From assembly GCA_963845795.1 (NCBI GenBank), contig CAWJTG010000001.1, positions 967 through 64,966 on the forward strand: a DNA stretch of 64,000 bases. Reading direction: 5' to 3'. Source of the stretch: an uncultured Actinomycetota bacterium (lineage in GTDB: Bacteria > Actinomycetota > Actinomycetes > Propionibacteriales > Nocardioidaceae). The notes under the pieces were generated by a model. It worked only from the letters and a program-made list of their open reading frames with translations, was not told the origin of the DNA and did no database searches. This document shows positions 63,088 through 64,000 of the stretch, in pieces. The translations under genes and the position numbers were made by a program. Each line of letters begins with the position of its first letter. Positions within the stretch are counted from its first letter, which is position 1.

Positions 63088-64000
63088 ATGGTCTCTCTCG
63101 GCTTCGTCGGTCTCGGCCGCATGGGCGGCCCGATGTGTCGACGTCTCGCGCAAGCCGGCTACGACGTACAGGCGTTCGACATCGACCCCGCGAAGGTCGC
63201 CTCCGCGGTCGACGCCGGGGCTGTCGCCGCCACGTCGGCCACCGCCTGCGCGTCCTCGTCGGACATCTTCTTGACGTCGTTGCCGCGACCCGATCACGTC
63301 GAGGCCGTCATGCTCACCGGCGGCGCACTGGCCGCACTCCGCCCGGGCTCCATCTGGGTCGACCTGACCACCAACGACGTCGACCTTGTCGCTCGCCTCG
63401 CCGCATGCGCACCCGACGGCGTCAGCGTCGTCGACTGTCCGGTGACGGGCGCCGTGGACGGCGCGCGCAACGGCGCGCTCACCTTGTTCGCGGGCGGCGA
63501 GTCGGCCGATGTCGAGCGGGTTCGACCGATCCTCGAGAACCTCGGCACCCTGATCGCCTGCGGCCAGCTCGGAACCGGCAACGTGGTCAAGCTCGTCACC
63601 AACCAGCTCTGGTTCATCGCCGCCGCAGCGATCGGCGAGGGGTTCGCGCTCGGCGTGCGCCACGGGGTCGACCTCGAGATCCTCTACTCGGCGATCCGAC
63701 AGTCCGTCGGCGATTCCTTCGTCGCCTCGCACGACGCGCCCTCCATCTTCGCCGGCCACTACGACCCGTCGTTCACCCTGGACCTCTGCCTCAAGGACCT
63801 TCGACTGATCCAGGGGCTGCAGCGGGACCTCGACGTCGAGCTGCCCATGACCGAGGCGGCTCGTGGCGCGTTCGAGGTCGCCGCCGACCGGTACGGTCCG
63901 GACGCGGCCGAGCTGCTCGTCGCCAAGCGGATCGAGGAGGACGCCGGCCTCTCGTTCCGCCTTCCCGGAGACTGGGTCGCGCCGTGGGAGGTCGACGACA
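63088..64000 (+). CDS. NAD(P)-dependent oxidoreductase (3-hydroxyisobutyrate dehydrogenase-like), 3'-truncated by the window edge
   Basis: LGFVGLGRMGGPM, DCPVTGAVDGA, GTGNVVKLVTNQL, FTLDLCLKDL; no stop before 64000; absent from the ORF track. Confidence 0.9.
   Translation, partial: MVSLGFVGLGRMGGPMCRRLAQAGYDVQAFDIDPAKVASAVDAGAVAATSATACASSSDIFLTSLPRPDHVEAVMLTGGALAALRPGSIWVDLTTNDVDLVARLAACAPDGVSVVDCPVTGAVDGARNGALTLFAGGESADVERVRPILENLGTLIACGQLGTGNVVKLVTNQLWFIAAAAIGEGFALGVRHGVDLEILYSAIRQSVGDSFVASHDAPSIFAGHYDPSFTLDLCLKDLRLIQGLQRDLDVELPMTEAARGAFEVAADRYGPDAAELLVAKRIEEDAGLSFRLPGDWVAPWEVDD

Overview
High-GC actinobacterial chromosome segment; gene content and intergenic palindromes look Nocardioides-like (inference). 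In order: a LuxR regulator fragment, a GAF protein, a phenylacetate catabolic cluster (paaABCDE-paaI plus a BASS transporter, with divergent paaZ) and a type VIIa secretion (ESX-like) locus (mycP-eccB-eccD, two WXG100 genes, a second eccD-like gene, fused eccC). These are followed by two steroid-type genes with KstR-like boxes, a distant WXG-like/EspG-like/hydrolase module, MoxR-VWA, tandem subtilisins, tRNA-Ser(CGA), MFS/MarR, tadA, upp, pntAB, glgX-treY-treZ and cobB. The right end has a second T7SS effector-like triad, ppdK, a CNNM/CBS protein, a heliorhodopsin and a LysR/TauD/oxidoreductase cluster. The most notable signal is a dispersed T7SS. Its mycosin has lost the catalytic His, Ser and oxyanion Asn, it has two divergent EccD paralogues, and two remote substrate modules share a sigmaF/sigmaB-type promoter motif with the esx and eccC genes. 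Nine apparent +1 frameshifts probably reflect assembly error. All protein calls come from motif recognition; no database searches were run.
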